NCBI RefSeq assembly: GCF_009834535.1
Contig: NC_045697.1
Span: 12,464,001-12,528,000, forward strand
Direction: 5' to 3'
Source: Camelus ferus
Lineage: Eukaryota
DNA length: 64,000 nt
A program made the position numbers and the translations under genes. Below the pieces are notes generated by a model that was not told the DNA's origin, made no database searches, and saw only the letters and a program-made list of their open reading frames with translations. Shown piece by piece: positions 49,126 to 63,044 of this stretch (the first letter of the stretch is position 1; the number at the start of each line of letters is the position of its first letter).

Positions 49126-50044
49126 GTTGGATACAACCAAAAAGAATTGCCCTCAAATTGCTTACAATCAAGAATTGACAAGTTTATGAGAATTGAGATT
49201 CTATAATCATGTTTCTACTGCCAGTAGACGATAGGCATCTGAGGATGGAGGAAGACAACTGACTTTTACAGAATATTCATTACGTGCCATGTGCTGGGCC
49301 CCCTGTGAATAACTTCTCATAAATCCTTATGTTACACCAACAGAGATAGACATCACCATTCTAATTTAAAGAGAAGCAAGATTTAAACTGTCCTTTAGTT
49401 TCCAGAGTCTAAGTCAAGCTGCCTCTAAGAATGATGGTAATATTGGCCAGAGTTGACTAAGTTGGATAGGTCTTTGACTCTGCTCGTTCTTTCTGACTCT
49501 TAGCACTATCTTTACAGTCTCTCCTCCAAATCACTTCATGAAAAACTTGCTTCTCATAGTCAATAAATAACTAGATGTTTTTTAATTTGGGTTCTTTGTT
49601 AATTATTATATTTATGTTCAAATCCAAATAAAGCTTTCTGATAAGATGAAAAGGCCTAATGAGTGTGGGTTGATCATTAAAGCTAGAAGTGATGATTTCA
49701 GACACTGTCATGGTGGGAAATAAATTCTTATCAGAAACTGAGTTAACAATTGACCAGGTTGTCCCTGTACAAATGCCTCTCTTTATTAGGAAGCTAACCC
49801 TATGGGAGGATGTAAGACCTGTTTGCACTGTTTTATCTCAGAGTTGATAATTGTCTTTTCTATTTCAGAGGCTCATTCAGCAGCTTATTAAATGGTGCCC
49901 CCACAGCCTCAAAGAGCACTGTCTTCTATGATTTCCTGTCTCATTCCTGGGAAATTGCTCAAGTCCTGGTGGAATACTGCAAACTGTAGAAGCTTCTGGA
50001 CTTTCTCTGCTCTCAAAGATATTCACTAGCAATCAGTAAATCAA

Positions 50045-50260
50045 GGAGAGGCACAGTGGAATGGTGGTAAAAGCATGGAGCAAGGCAGACCTGGGTTTGA
50101 ATTCTGGCTCCTCTACTTAGTGACTGTGTAGACATGAGTAAGTTATTTAACCTCACTGATAGTGAGTTTTTAGATCTGGACAAAAGAGGGTAACAAAATC
50201 TACCTCAGAGGCATGTTGCAGAGGTTAAATGAGATAAAGCAGGTAGAAAATACTCAACGC
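50045..50260 (+). mobile_element. MIR
   Basis: cagacctgggtttgaattctggctcctctactta..aagttatttaacctc..ttaaatgagata. Confidence 0.8.
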
Positions 50261-50929
50261 AACCATGCAATTATAATGTGTTTATGTAGGCCTGCCATGA
50301 ATGACTACATAGACTGGGTGCTGTATGTCTCTAAGGAGTACCATTCACACATGGTCAGTACTGTGTAGTGAACAACTTTCATAACCATAGTCTTCCTACT
50401 GAAGGACAGAGCATACTGCCCAGTGCAAAAAAATATATTTAAGAGGGCAGTCATTATCATTATTATTACTCTTCCCGTGGAATTTTCACACCTGGCGTTC
50501 TCTCTTGACATCTCCTTTTTGGATCACTGGTTCTGTTGAGCAACCTGCCTACCTTCAGGTTCACTCTAGCTGGACATTGTTTCTTCAATAACATACTTGC
50601 ATTTTGGAGAAAGAAGGCTGTAGGCAGTTTCTGACCTGCAATCCTGGAATACTCCTCCCCCTCCTAAAGGTAGAGATTAGCTCTTCTGTTTGCCTGGAAG
50701 GTGGAATCAGACACCATGAATAGCATAAGCTAGGTTTAGGAGACAGAGGACCTGCTTTTGTGAGTGAGAGTGGTAGTGTCAGGCTGTTGGAACTTGAACT
50801 TGAAAATTGTGGGTGATTTTCTTGAACATTTATTTCATAACCACAGAAGCACAAAAAGGCCTTTGAGAGTGGTGACAAAAAGAGTTAAAGGAACAATAGA
50901 ACTTTGTGACTAGAAATTTAGTACTTCTT

Positions 50930-51065
50930 AAAAAAAATATTTTTTTGGGGGGGAGTAATTAGGTTTATTTATTTAGTTATTTTAATGGAAGTACTGGGGC
51001 TTGAACCCAGGACCTCCTGAATGCTAAGCATGTACTCTAACCACCGAGATATAACCCCTGCCCCC
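50930..51065 (-). mobile_element. Vic-1-type SINE
   Basis: gtaattaggtttatttattt..gtactggggcttgaacccaggacctcctgaatgctaagcatg. Imperfect TSD tagtacttctt/tggcacttctt. Confidence 0.9.
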
Positions 51066-51509
51066 TGGCACTTCTTTAGAGAGTTATCTATGCAAGGCAA
51101 AATTTACAACTGGATCATCAAGCATTAATACAAATTTATGAATGTTGAACCTTAGGTGCAACCAGATTCCTTTGTTCACTGGAGGGAAAGCATTTTATGA
51201 ATCTTACAATTCTTATTTTGAATAGCTTAGCACCATGTTCCCACTTTAAACATACTGATTATAAGGTGACATCTTACCCAAACTGGTAGATGTTCTCTTT
51301 ACTCCATTCCTTTGGAAGTGTATCTGGAGAAAGAAAAGGGAAGAGAAAAATGAGAAATTACACCTCTTTGGGAATCATAAGAAGTCTTGGTTTTTATCCT
51401 TTATATGTAAGTGGATTTATTTGCAATAAGTTTTTTATAGGTTGAAATTTGTACTGCTCAAGAGAAGGGGAGTGGGTTGTATGTGATGGGTGAGGAATGA
51501 AAGATGGGA

Positions 51510-51700
51510 CAATTAATATTTTGAGGTCTACTCTGTTCCAAAGTCTTTCCATATTTGTTTAATCCTCATTGTTTCCACTTAATGATGAGAAAACCCAGGC
51601 TCAGAAAAGATAATTTATTTAATACCATACCTTTCCTATTGGCAGAGTTTGGGTTCTAACCCGTATCTGCTGACTCCAAGTCAATCCTCTTTCATTTAGA
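51510..51700 (-). mobile_element. MIR
   Basis: gatgagaaaacccaggctcaga..ggcagagtttgggttctaacc..tgactccaa. Confidence 0.7.
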
Positions 51701-51701
51701 C

Positions 51702-51913
51702 CAGGGTCAGCAAACATTTTGGGGAAAGAGCTACAGTAAATAGGTTTTGTGGGCCATATGGTCTCTGTTGCAACCACACAATGTGGTTATATATTATAAA
51801 GCCAACCATTGACAGTATGTGAACACATGAGCACTGGTGCATTCTAATAAAGCTTTATTCACAAAACAGGCAGTGGGTGGGATTTGTTCTGCAAGCCTCA
51901 TTTGCCAAGCCCA
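51702..51913. mobile_element. MER58A hAT MITE
   Basis: cagggtcagcaaac..gtgggccatatggtctctgttgcaac..aataaagctttatt..caggcagtggg..tttgccaagccc. Confidence 0.85.
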
Positions 51914-53171
51914 AGAAGCCTCAGATAAAAGCTAAAACAACAAATCCTAAAACCAAAAGAATAGAAAAGAGCTAAGCAAAGAGAGTTCTGAGGAGGACTC
52001 TCAGTTTTGTAAAGGGCATCAAAAAATATATATATATAGTTTTCCTAGATATTGAGAGGAAAGGCCATTTCATATGCACTATGTGACTGTCAGTTATGTG
52101 ACAGTGCCAGTCTCTGGAAGGCAACCAAACTCTTCCTTAAATATATGCATGACCAGTATTTCAAAGATTACATCTTAGTTAATCACAAAAGACTAAATCA
52201 GAGCATTCCCCAACATACACAGACTATCACAGTCCCTCTCCAGTTGGGTGTCTCGTTCCTTCTCTTCTTGTCATTGACTAAATTTTAATGTAATCCTTAA
52301 ATTCCATTATACAAGCAAATCATCATGTTGTTGAAACAATTCTAATATCATAAAGCCAGACAGATAAAATTTACTTTTAAGGTAAAACTATAATGTTATT
52401 TTCTCTACTGAAGATACTGTGGATAAAACTTCTCTAAAAAATATTTCTTTGACATCTGTTTATTCATCTTTACATTCTAAATGGATAGAGACTGGGAGGC
52501 CCAAAACAAGGTACTAACTAAAAATGGTGAAAAATTATTTCTATATGAACGTCAGTGTAGTAAATGGAAGATGTAAAAAGAATAGCTTCTTAACTCTCAC
52601 TAAATTCCATAGGAAATCACCAACTTGGTCCCCTATAAAAAGGACATCTGCACCATTGTATAGTCAGAAATTACCTGATGCAATAACTAAACCAAATAAT
52701 CTAACTGAGGAATACAAAAGACTCAAAGCATTTTGCAATGGGCTTCAGGTTCAGTGGCTTATGATTCTGGTTCAGAAATCCTATTGCAGTGGTTTAGGCT
52801 AGAAAGGAAGACAGTCTAAGTTGAGACAGTAACTCTTACTGAGGCAAGGTAAGAGGATATGAGAAGTTTTTGTATGTAGAATTGACAAAATGTAGTGTAT
52901 TAGTTACAAGTCAGTGTAGTTGATGATGATGGTGATGATGATGATTATGACGATTTTTGATGGGAGGAAACAGAAACTAGCAGTGAACTTAAGAAGAAAT
53001 GATGATTTACTGGCATGATTCTGAGTAGCTCCTGTAATTGAAGAAAGGTTAATGCACATAATTGACCAAATCTTGGGAAGGCAGAAATCAGGGAATCTCT
53101 AGAGACATCAGTATTAAGCCTCCATATATCTTCTTTCTGGGATGTTGTCATATGGTTATTGACTTCCAATC

Positions 53172-53632
53172 TGTGGTTGGTTAGTTGCATTAGTAGTCCC
53201 AATTAAAGACTTCATTGTATCCATGTCTTTTGCTCTGTAACTCTATAGTCTCCTCTCATTCTGATTCTGAATTGGCCCTGAAACAGTAGCAAATGTGATG
53301 TAATTAGAAACTTGAATAAGCACTTGCAGATTTTTGCTTCCTTGCCTGTTTCTTGTCTTTGCCGTAAGAATGTGCCCAGGCTAGCCTGCTGGATGATGTG
53401 GCACATGGAGAAGATCTGAGTCATCCCAGTGTCTGAACAGAACCCTAAGCTATGACAGAAAGCTCATTTGAAAACTGCCTGTCCAACCTGCAGCAGACTG
53501 AGTTGCATGAGTAAGCCCCACTAAACCTAGCTCAGATCAGCATAACTGTCCACCTGCCCCACAGACTCATGGGAAGTAATAAATTGCTCTTTTAAGTAAA
53601 TTTTGTGAGTGATACACTAACTAACTGATACA
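53172..53632 (+). mobile_element. MLT1G/H-type LTR, probably nested in an older MLT1 (~52960-53800)
   Basis: gaatgtgcccaggctagcctgctgga..cagactcatg..aataaat..taactgataca. Confidence 0.75.
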
Positions 53633-54828
53633 CTACCTTTGTGTCTCTCCATTCAAGTTTTAATTTCTTGTATGAGAGGATCTGTTTGATTCATCTTGGT
53701 CCTTATGTTATACCACTGAATCATTTAGCTGTGACCAAGGAGTAGGTGCCATGGTTAACAGGAGAAAGCTTGTGAGCAGGAGAAATACCCAACTGGTAAT
53801 TTATACATGGGGGAAGGGACTGGGATAAAGGTGAGGAGTCAAAAACTCCTGGAATATTTGTAAACAATCCCAGAGTTTCACCAATCTCTTAAGAAGGGCT
53901 ATCAGAGTTCCACTGATGTAGTTGTGAATCAGCATTGGGGAAATTGCTTGTTCATAAGAAGCCAATAAATGATTGATCAAACCCATAAGGAAGTTGATTG
54001 AATGGAGAACAAAAAAAAGGATCTGTGTCTTGTCTTTGCATCCTCAGTGCTTAGCAAAATATGGCACATAGAAAGCAGTGTATTTTTAGAGAGGGGCTGA
54101 GCATCAAAATCATTGTCTAGAGTAAAATATCAACTGTTGATACTGAAAAAAGAGTGGCCAAATGATGCTCATTTTAGATATACCAATACATGATAATATT
54201 ATGCCCACATAATATTAATTATAAAAAAGTAATAATTTGTGCCAAAAATAAAAACGTTGTTGTTATCATATAATAGACGGATGCAGTTTTTCAGGCAACC
54301 AGCCCATGAACTACCTGCTTGTACTACTTATGGCTCTGCTTTTCTTCTTTGCCATATCATAGAATTCTAGAACTGGAGGGGAACTGAAACCCTCTGGTCT
54401 AGAGAGCCTACTGCATTGTCTGGGGACATGGCTGTCAAGTCAGTGCCTTCCTTGCCACTGTCCCACATGCTCTTCCTTCATGGAAGGTTCTCATTGGCTT
54501 GTCTGGGCCCCCATTCACTAAGTCACTCTTCTATCTTATACTCAATCAGCACATAGTTACTGAGCTCCAGCCATGTGACTGTGCGTATGTCCCAGGAGCC
54601 ACGTGCTTCTGACTGCTGGTCAGTCTGTGATTAACATGATCCTACTCACAAGGAAAACATTCATTTCCCAATTTTTATTTCTCACACTTTATAACCCTCT
54701 GCATACATATCTGGGCTAAGTCTCTGATACCCTGGCAGCTGAGCTGAGGGGAATGTATTGAGAGGAGTGGCATGAAGGGGCATTTTCCTTACGTGAGCTC
54801 TTGAAGTTAGTTGCATTTTAACCATAAT

Positions 54829-54910
54829 TCCCCTCCCTTCCTCCCTTCCTCCTTTCCTTCCTTCCTTCTCCCTTCCTTCCTTCTTCCTCCTTTCCTTTCC
54901 CTTTTTCCCT
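54829..54910. repeat. (TTCC)n-like polypyrimidine tract
   Basis: Directly visible. Confidence 0.9.
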
Positions 54911-55084
54911 TTGGCAAAACTGATTAACTCCTGTTTTTAAAAAGTGACATGTAGAACTAAAGACACCTTTGTTAACCTCAAGTTGCCCACAATCTAGAAT
55001 ATGTTGTGACAAAAAAGAAAAATGGAAAAAAAAAAACACCCAAAAAACAAAACAGAGATTTTACACAGATCTAAGAAGGAAACT

Positions 55085-55325
55085 AACAGTTGTGGACAAT
55101 TATGGTTCCTATGTTGTTCTGGTTGTTGACATATAATATCTCATTTAATCTATGCAGTTACTCTATAAAAACTAGATATTTGTATCCCTATTGGTAAATG
55201 AAGAAGATAAGCTCAGACTGTTAAGTGATTTTCTCAGAGTCACACAGCTAAGGCGCGGCAGTACTAGGCTTTAAATTCTAGTTCTTAGAGTTGTGACTGC
55301 AAAGCCTGTACTCCTTTCTCTGCAT
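55085..55325 (-). mobile_element. MIR
   Basis: atctcatttaatc..gttaagtgatt..gtcacacagcta..caaagcctgt. Confidence 0.75.
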
Positions 55326-55385
55326 GTGGCAATAGCTCCATCACCCTTCAGCCAGATTCCTTCTTAGCAAATGAAACAGAGTCCC

Positions 55386-55845
55386 TGTGTTACTTACTTA
55401 TTCCTGTAATATTGCTGTGTAATAAACAACCCCAGAACTCACTGGCTTACAGCAGCAGCATTTATTTTTCTCACTGAGGAGTCTGCATGTTGGCTGGCCT
55501 TCGCCTGACCTCAGCTGAACCTGGATGGCTTCATCTGGCTTCGGCTCCCTCGCACAGGTTGGATGCAGGTGTACTCCAAATGTCTTCTCAAATTCCATCT
55601 CCCAGCTCCTTGGGCAGCTTCTCATAGTGAATGATAGGAGTTCAAACCATGCAAACCCTTTAAAGCTACTGCTCACATTACATTCATTAACATTTCATTG
55701 GCCAAAGCAAGTTACATGGTCAGCCAAACATCAAAGAGGCAGGAAGTTATAGCCTGCTCATGGTGGGAGGAACTATAAGCGTTCCGATGCATAACTGTAT
55801 GACAGAGAGCAGGTGAAAAGCTGGGAACAATAATTCAGTCTACCA
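55386..55845 (-). mobile_element. MLT1G/H-type LTR
   Basis: tattgctgtgtaataaacaacccc..cattggccaaagcaagttacatgg..ctgggaacaataattcagtctacca. Confidence 0.8.
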
Positions 55846-57099
55846 TGGTCCCAAACCAGCAAGATGGCCAAGCAGGTGTGTGTCAGGGATCCCTCTCTTA
55901 GTGATATTTAGAGTTTGAAATTCAGGCTTTGTCACTTCCTGACCATGAAGCATTTGACCTATCACCCAGCCCTTCTTAGCCCTCACCTGTGCTGGACTGG
56001 TCATCATAATACCTGTCCTGTATTCCTCATAGATGTATTGTATAGATAGATCTAAGAGAGGGAATGTGAACTTCTTTATAAACTTTACTGAAGTATTCAA
56101 AGTTCATTGTTAATACTGTTATTTATTGTTTTTATCAATATTATAACCACCTTAATTAGAGTACAGTTGAAGTCTTTTTCGGGACTACCTGGTAATCCAC
56201 AGTTTGAGAACCAGGTGGTCTGTGGGCTGTGGCATTAATGCTTGTTTATTTTATTATTGTATCTATGGCTTAGTTACGGGTATTATTAAGTCATTTATTT
56301 ATGATGCTTAATAAAAGCAGGCATTGTCTGGTCTGCAGCCCATCAGAGGCAGTACCAGCCTTTCATTTCCTGGGGTGTGGTTTTCATCTGGGGCAGCCCC
56401 AAATGGGAATGAGGATAGTTTGTGGTTCGTGGGCATCCTCTGTTCCGCCAAAGTGGTCTGCAGTCTGCAGGAGCTTGAGAGCTCTACTTCCCATAAGTGC
56501 ACTGACTCTTGAACTGAAAGCATTCACACAATTTGTATTGCTTCATAATGGGCTGAATTCTTTCTTCATCAGACAAACACAAGTAGTGCTTGAAGTGCGC
56601 AAGAAAGAGCAGGAGGTAGCCTCTGCCAGAACCAACTATCTGTAAGTGTGGATGCAAAAGAATATTTCCCTGAAGAAAGAAACCTTAGCAATGAGCGGAG
56701 AAGGGAGAGGCAGACGTTGCTATTAAAAAACTAAATGGAAAATTCCTAAGATAAACCTAAATATATTTTTAAAAGGCTTGCATGTTTGCTCATACAACTC
56801 AAATCTATGAAATTCAATTCTCTACAACTCAACTCAATCAGTATTTCTAGAGACTTCAGTGTCAACAATCCAGGGATAGGCTCTAACTCAGAGATGAATA
56901 AAATATAAACTCTGCCCTAAAAAAACCCTCCAGCTAATGTGAACACACACCCATGTGAGAAAAGTTAGGGGTAGGAGCTAGAGTTTTTGGAGTCAGGTGG
57001 GGCTGGATTGGAATCCTGGAACATGGTCTTGACCTTGCTGAAGTCTTAGTTTCCTCATCTGTAAAAAGGGGGCAATAATGAATAACTGAATTCACCTGA

Positions 57100-57810
57100 T
57101 AGTGATTCATTTATTTAAAAATACTAAGTATCTAATTTGAGTAAGGGGATATGGCAGCCTTCAAGGAGCCAACAGGCTTACCGGGGAGACAAATATTAAA
57201 CAGAGAAATAATTTAACAGTAATTTTGAAAATAATATTCAAGGCACATGGGATACGGTATAATGGAGGAGTAGGGTATAGGATGTAGCATTTTTAGGGGA
57301 CTTAACTTAGGCTAGACAGTCATGGACTGCTTCCTTATTAAACAGAAGGAGAAAGGATGCTTGAGACTTAGCAAGATGCACACCGTGTGCCTGTGTGCAC
57401 ACACATCTCATATGCTGGGGTTGGGGGAGCAGGATGATTCAGGGAGAAGGAATGACATACAAAAAGACTTTGGTGGAAGGGAGAACAGCACCCCAGAAAG
57501 AAGAGTGTGGGAATGGAGTGAGAAGGTTGAAGAGACAGACTGAGGCCCTTTGTGTAGAAATCATATTAAGGGTTCGGGCTTTGTTCTAAAAGTGAAGTGA
57601 ACTATTATAGGGAGTTAAATGGGGTGGCGTTGGTGGCTAAGATCACATGTGCTTCGGTGTGGGCAGGGGTTGGGAAGAAGGCAAAGACAGATGCTGAGGG
57701 GCCAGTAGGACGTCTATTGCTTCTTCGAGGAGAGAGGTGATATTAGCCTCCTAGCTGGTGGGAGTAGAGGCGAAGAAAAAGACAGTCTAGAAACAATCTT
57801 AGGAGGTCAT
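57100..57810 (-). mobile_element. L2 fragment
   Basis: cagccttcaaggagc..ggggagaca..ggagaacagca..agatgctgaggggccagtagga. Confidence 0.65.
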
Positions 57811-57819
57811 AGGTGTCAA

Positions 57820-58650
57820 AGTCACAATTGATCTCCATGTTGTCAAATTCAATAGTCAATTCTCTGTCCTGATCTTGCTCTGCCCTTGACACAGATTGAT
57901 CATGCCCTTATCGAATCCTCTTCTTCCCTTGGTTTCTGGGATGCCATCTTCTCTTGGATCCCTGCACTGCACTGGTCACTTCTTAGTCTGCTTTGCTGCA
58001 TCTCTTTAATCTTCAAGGCTTATAAATTATTTTCTCCCCTGCAGTGAACTGAATGTTTTTGTCTTCCAATCCCCAAATTCATATATTGAAATCCTAACCT
58101 CCCATGTGATGGTATTAAGAGATGGGCCTTTGGGAGGTGATTAGGTCATGAGGGTGGAGCCTTCATGAATGGGATTAATGCTCTTATAAAAGGGACCCCA
58201 GAGAGCTCTCTACTTCTCTTTTTCCCATGTGAGAATATAATGAGAAGTCTACAAACTGGGAAGAGGGCCCTCAGTAGACCCCAACCAAGCTCGCACCTTG
58301 ATCTCAGACTTGCAGCCTCTAGGATTGTGAGAAATTGTTTTCTGTTGTTTATAAGCCACCTAGTCAGCGATGCTTTGTTTACAGCAACCTGAACTAAGAT
58401 TTCTCCTTGTAGTCACTCCCTCCAAACTATTATTTCCAGTCTAGGGACCCCTGACTTGTACATCCAGTTGACATCTCCACTTAGTCCACTGCAATAGCCT
58501 TGCAGGGTATCAAAGCCAAGATGGATCTGCCAGTTCTACTCCATGTCTTCTATGTTTTATGACTCTGTTCTTCCAGTTACGTAGAGCAAAAGCACTTGGC
58601 ACCTGGCTTTTTTCATAATTCACATCCAGTTCCTTAGCACATTCTGGACG
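57820..58650 (+). mobile_element. L2 fragment split by MLT1A
   Basis: atctccatgttgtcaaattcaatagtcaattctctgtcct..gacatctccactt. Confidence 0.7.
58040..58400 (+). mobile_element. MLT1A MaLR solo LTR
   Basis: aaattcatatattgaaatcctaacc..ggtgattaggtcatgagggtggagcc..accttgatctcagactt..gaactaagat. Confidence 0.9.
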
Positions 58651-58652
58651 TT

Positions 58653-59455
58653 TGTTGGAGGTTTACTGCCTTAATAAACTCACTTAATGACATCCTTGTA
58701 TCCATATCCTTTGCAATGTGGCTTTGTAGCTTTTGCCACAAAAATATAGAGTCTATTTACCCACTGTTGGATATAAGCTAGTTTTGTGACTTACTTTGTC
58801 AACAGAATGGGAAACTGTATAATACAAATGGACAATGGCCCGACTATGCACAAAAAGTGATCTCTCACCTACAACCTGCAGCAACCAGTCCAGGAGGCCA
58901 ACCTACTACCTGTAGTAGCCAAGGAGTCAAACCACTGTCTGGAGCAGCCAGACTAGGAAGTCAAATAATAATCTCTGTAACAATTGGCTCCGAATGGCCA
59001 GGACTTGATTAATAACTGACAGCTCTCCCAATTTTTGACCTCACTTCCAAATTAGGGCCAACCAAAGAAAGCCGAATGGGCACCTCTAGCCAATCACAGA
59101 GGATGACCCCGTTCTAGTTAGCCCGGCTACAGGTCCTCAGGCCAACAGCCTCCAACCAGCAAACACCTGAAGCCTTCCCCTGTTTTCCACTGTAATGATT
59201 TCTTACTCCTCTGCCTGCCTTTGAGTCTCTGCCAAATGCAAGTGATGGTGGCTGACTCCCTTGCTATGCCAGTCTCTGAATAAATAGCCTTAGCTTGCTC
59301 TCATTTAGGTGGTCTCCATTTATTTCCACAAGAATACGGTAGCAGTAACAATGTGACCTTTCTGTGTCTATGTCTCAAGAGGTCTTTGAGGATTCTGCTC
59401 CCTCTTGCTTTGCTGCTGTCACCGTGAGAACCAGCCTGGGCTGCTCTCCTGGGAG
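58653..59455 (+). mobile_element. MLT1F-like LTR split by MER110
   Basis: cctttgcaatgtggctttg..gtgacttactttgtcaacagaa | tacggtagcagtaacaatgtg..ctcaagagg. Confidence 0.7.
58808..59330 (+). mobile_element. MER110-like ERV1 solo LTR, full length
   Basis: tg..ca termini; ggccaggacttgattaataactgacagc..gagtctctgccaaa..gaataaatagcc..tatttccaca. Perfect 4-bp TSD agaa (58804-58807 / 59331-59334). Confidence 0.85.
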
Positions 59456-62221
59456 TTCAAGGGCCTCCTTCAGCTCAGGTGTTCTTTTGAAATAGAATAT
59501 ACTTTGCAATAGGGCTGCCTTGAGAGTAAGATGCCAAAATAAGGAAGCAGAGAAACTTAGTGATTTGGGGGTTATTTGGATGGTTGGCGGGGGAGGGGGA
59601 TGGAGGTGAAGGATTTAACTTTTCAGTCAAGTTACAAACAAACTGGCAGGAATAGTGCTGGCTTGGGTCGCTCTTTGATGAGTACAGGAAGCTAATGAGG
59701 AGGCAGGCTCATCTGGAGGCTGAGCTGCAATGCTGCTCCCAGTAACGGTGAAGTCAGTCTGCTTCTATGTTACTCTGACCTCTTGAGGGTGAAAATCTCT
59801 CAGAAAGTAGCGTAAACAAAACAGCCATATTTCCTGGGGCATTTTAAAGTACAGCTTAAATAAGAAATACTGTTTTTTTTACAGAGCTGTGAGTGAAGGC
59901 TGTCTGTTTATTAATGCTTATCAAGTATTATGAAAAAGAAAAGCAGATACACATTTAGCCTGGGAAATGTGCTAGGTGTGAGGGGCTTAAGCAACCCCCT
60001 AGGATGGAGTTTCTGTTGTGGGGAAGTAGTGCAAATCAGCCCTCCTGAGCACGTGCCAAAGGTTTGCAACTAAAGGCACACTTTGCATTAACTAGACCAC
60101 AGCTTACACCTTAACCGAGAACACAACCAAAGAAATATTAATGAAATGGAATTTGAACCACGTGGGCTAGATTTTCAGCTGCCCATATCTTTCTTTTTTT
60201 CCCTTTGTACAAAGAATACTACAATTTCTTTCATGACATTTCTTTTCCTTTGTGATTTGCATCAAACACAGGCATCTTGTACATGCATTATGTTTGGGGT
60301 CCAGGAGCTTCTAATCTCTTAGAAACTGGACCCAAGGACAACACAGTGGCCGCTGTGAGAACAGGAGCTATTTCAGCCTGACACGTTCGCAGGGCTGTCT
60401 GCAGTTCGCTGTTACTCAAAAGGGTCTCAGTAAGAACTCTGCCCGTGGTCTGTGGGTCCAACCCCTGCATTGTTTCTGGTGAGTTCACAACAACTTGGAG
60501 ATCTTTCTTTGGAGCCTTGTTTTTAGTTCCTTCTCTACAAACTGAATATGCAAGAGACAATCGTGATATCATCTGAAAGGCTTTCTGCAAGCTTTTATTG
60601 TTTTGTTGTTAAACAACCATGTCTAAGAGTCTATGGGCATATATACAAAATTACTAAATGTAGCCAAGAACATATCAGAAATTCCAGGTTCAATCCTAGC
60701 TGGGTGACTCAGGGCAAGTCATTAGCTATGGTTTCTTCAGCTACAAAGAGACGTGGTCTCCAATCTTTCCACTTCTAACATTGGGTAACTTCAACAAGTT
60801 TAGAATAATCAAATTCTAAATTCTAAATTCTGAATAAGTTCTACATCTCATTTATTGTGTACTTGTTACATCATCAAGTGATTTCAAGACATCTGTTAGA
60901 CAAGCACTAATTACCCCCGCCTATGTACCAAGCATCCTTCCAGGTGCTGGCATGGAGCAGTAAGCAAGACAGAAATGGTTCCTGTAATCCTGGAACAAAT
61001 GTCCTAGTGGTAAAACTGGTCTAAGTTCCCTCCATGATAAAGTCAGGTTTGGATCTCAGTCTATGTGACTCTAACATACTTGTTTTTTTTCCCCGCTAAG
61101 CTTGTCCCTCCTTCTTGTCTCCTAACAATAGAAAGACTCAGACCTGGGACACAGTGGTGTGTGGTGGTTAAGAGGGTTTTAAGCATTCTAGAAGTTCACC
61201 AACAGGTATCCATTATGTTCATTAAAAGAATAATTCTGGGAGTATGGCAAATTGTAGCATGATACTTAGCATTTCTCTTCATACCTGCCTCTTAAAGGTG
61301 CACAGTTAATATTGAGCCTTATTCTCCCAAATCTTAAGGTACTTCCTCTGTGCTTTTACCTCATAATGGGTTTGCTGTGAGCAAAGGAGAACCTGAAGAA
61401 TTCTGCTGAAAGGATAGACTATACAAATGTAAATCTTTCTTCTACTTAGTGTCAGATCAGCCTGAGTTTCAGCAAAGACTTTAAACTCATAATAAAAAAC
61501 AAAAATAACAAATAAATGGAACTCAGCACTGTAATTTACTAGCTATGTGACGTTGGCTCACTGAAATTCTCTGACCCCCATCAGAGGACTTTTAAATGTA
61601 TCTACTCAAGTGAGACCTGATCTGTTAAGTGCTTAGCATAATGTCTGAACCCATTACAGATATTCAATAAATACTAGTTCCTTTCCTCCTCTAGAAATGA
61701 ATGCATGTCTACACATGTTAGTATCACCAGCTTGACGACAGCACCTGGAGGCTTAGCACTAGGAGGTCTGAGCTGAGTGAAGCCTGCAGCCTGACGGAGT
61801 AAGTGGTAAAGTTAGTAGTCTTTAACTTCAGGGTGATGATTTTATTCATATATTTATGCTATACCCATTTTATAGATGGGGAAAACTAAGAAACAGAGGA
61901 ACTCAATTTATCCAGCATCATCCTAGATAGGGCTAAAATGATTAAACCCTAGAGTAATGGGTTGGATGAAAGGTTTTGTAGCCATCACTGCTGCTTTCTT
62001 CATTGTAGGCAGATATACTCAAAAGGGAACATGCGTTTATCCTGAACTTTCCATCCCTTTCACTGGAGAAGATAGCCAGGAGGCTATCAGCAGTTCCTTA
62101 GAAACAAGTGCTAACAGAGCAGGACCAATTACCTCTTTCCTTGATCAAAGGTCAAAGGGCAGGTGTGATATCTATGATTCAGACTTTTAATTCCTCTCCA
62201 CACTGTTGGCAAATGTGGTTT

Positions 62222-62365
62222 ATTTATTATTCTTTTGTTATAAACAGCTTTATGAGATGTAAATAATATACAAAAAATCTGTCCATGTTTAATGTCTGCA
62301 ATTTGATGAGTCTGAACGTATGCAGGCCCTCTTAGGACTATCACCACAGTCAGGTCAATACAACA
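62222..62365 (-). mobile_element. Old L1 extreme 3' end
   Basis: aacagctttatgagatgtaa..aatttgatgagt..atcaccacagtcagg. Confidence 0.7.
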
Positions 62366-62459
62366 CACAGCCAGGATGGTTTAGACTGTGGAAGAAGGAC
62401 ATTTGCTGAAATTGACACCAGCCCTCAGCAGATGTCATCCCTGTTTATCAATTCCTCCA

Positions 62460-62720
62460 CTCATTCAAACACGTAAACAGACCTTGATCACTAGCTTTCA
62501 GCGAGGCACTGTGCTACACACAGAAATGAGCTGGACATGTGCCTCGTTCTCACGGAGCTGAGAGTTTAGCAGAAAAGTGAAGCCGTTTGCTTACATAGCC
62601 CTCAGATAAAGTATGATGTGGCCAGTAGAGAGGCATAAACACACTTTCCCAGAGTTGCCTAAGGAGGAAGGCCATTGTGAGCTGTGGGAATCATGGACTA
62701 GAAGGCCGAGGCAGGCTTGA
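62460..62720 (-). mobile_element. L2 fragment
   Basis: tcattcaaacac..aggcactgtgcta..ctcacggagctgagagttta. Confidence 0.6.
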
Positions 62721-63044
62721 GAATGTCAAAACTTCTCAGCTTGGCTGGGGTTTAAGGTGCTTTAATAATATTGCCAACGACCAATTACTGGACATTCAGT
62801 ATGTCTCAGACAACAGGCTATACCCGTCTGGCAACTGAATAGAATAGAGTATGTAATAATCTCATCTCAACTCTATTATGTCCTAAATTCGGGATCTAGC
62901 ACATCATGTAGTTTCTCTGAACCTCAAAACAAAGAGTTGGGACTAGACACAGTCCTTGTATTTCCTTGTAGCTCAAATATTTTTATGCTTTAGGCATACT
63001 GGTTAGCCCCTTGGAGTTTGGGGTCACTTGAGAAGTTTCTGGTA

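Noticed and set aside
56301..56645. 114-aa ATG ORF (and similar 100-137 aa ORFs at 22057, 25121, 34006, 48219)
   Set aside because: No recognisable homology or splice context; several overlap decayed repeats.
62086..62099. 14-mer atcagcagttcctt also present in the hairpin at 16698
   Set aside because: Several 14-nt matches are expected by chance within 64 kb, and the flanks do not align.
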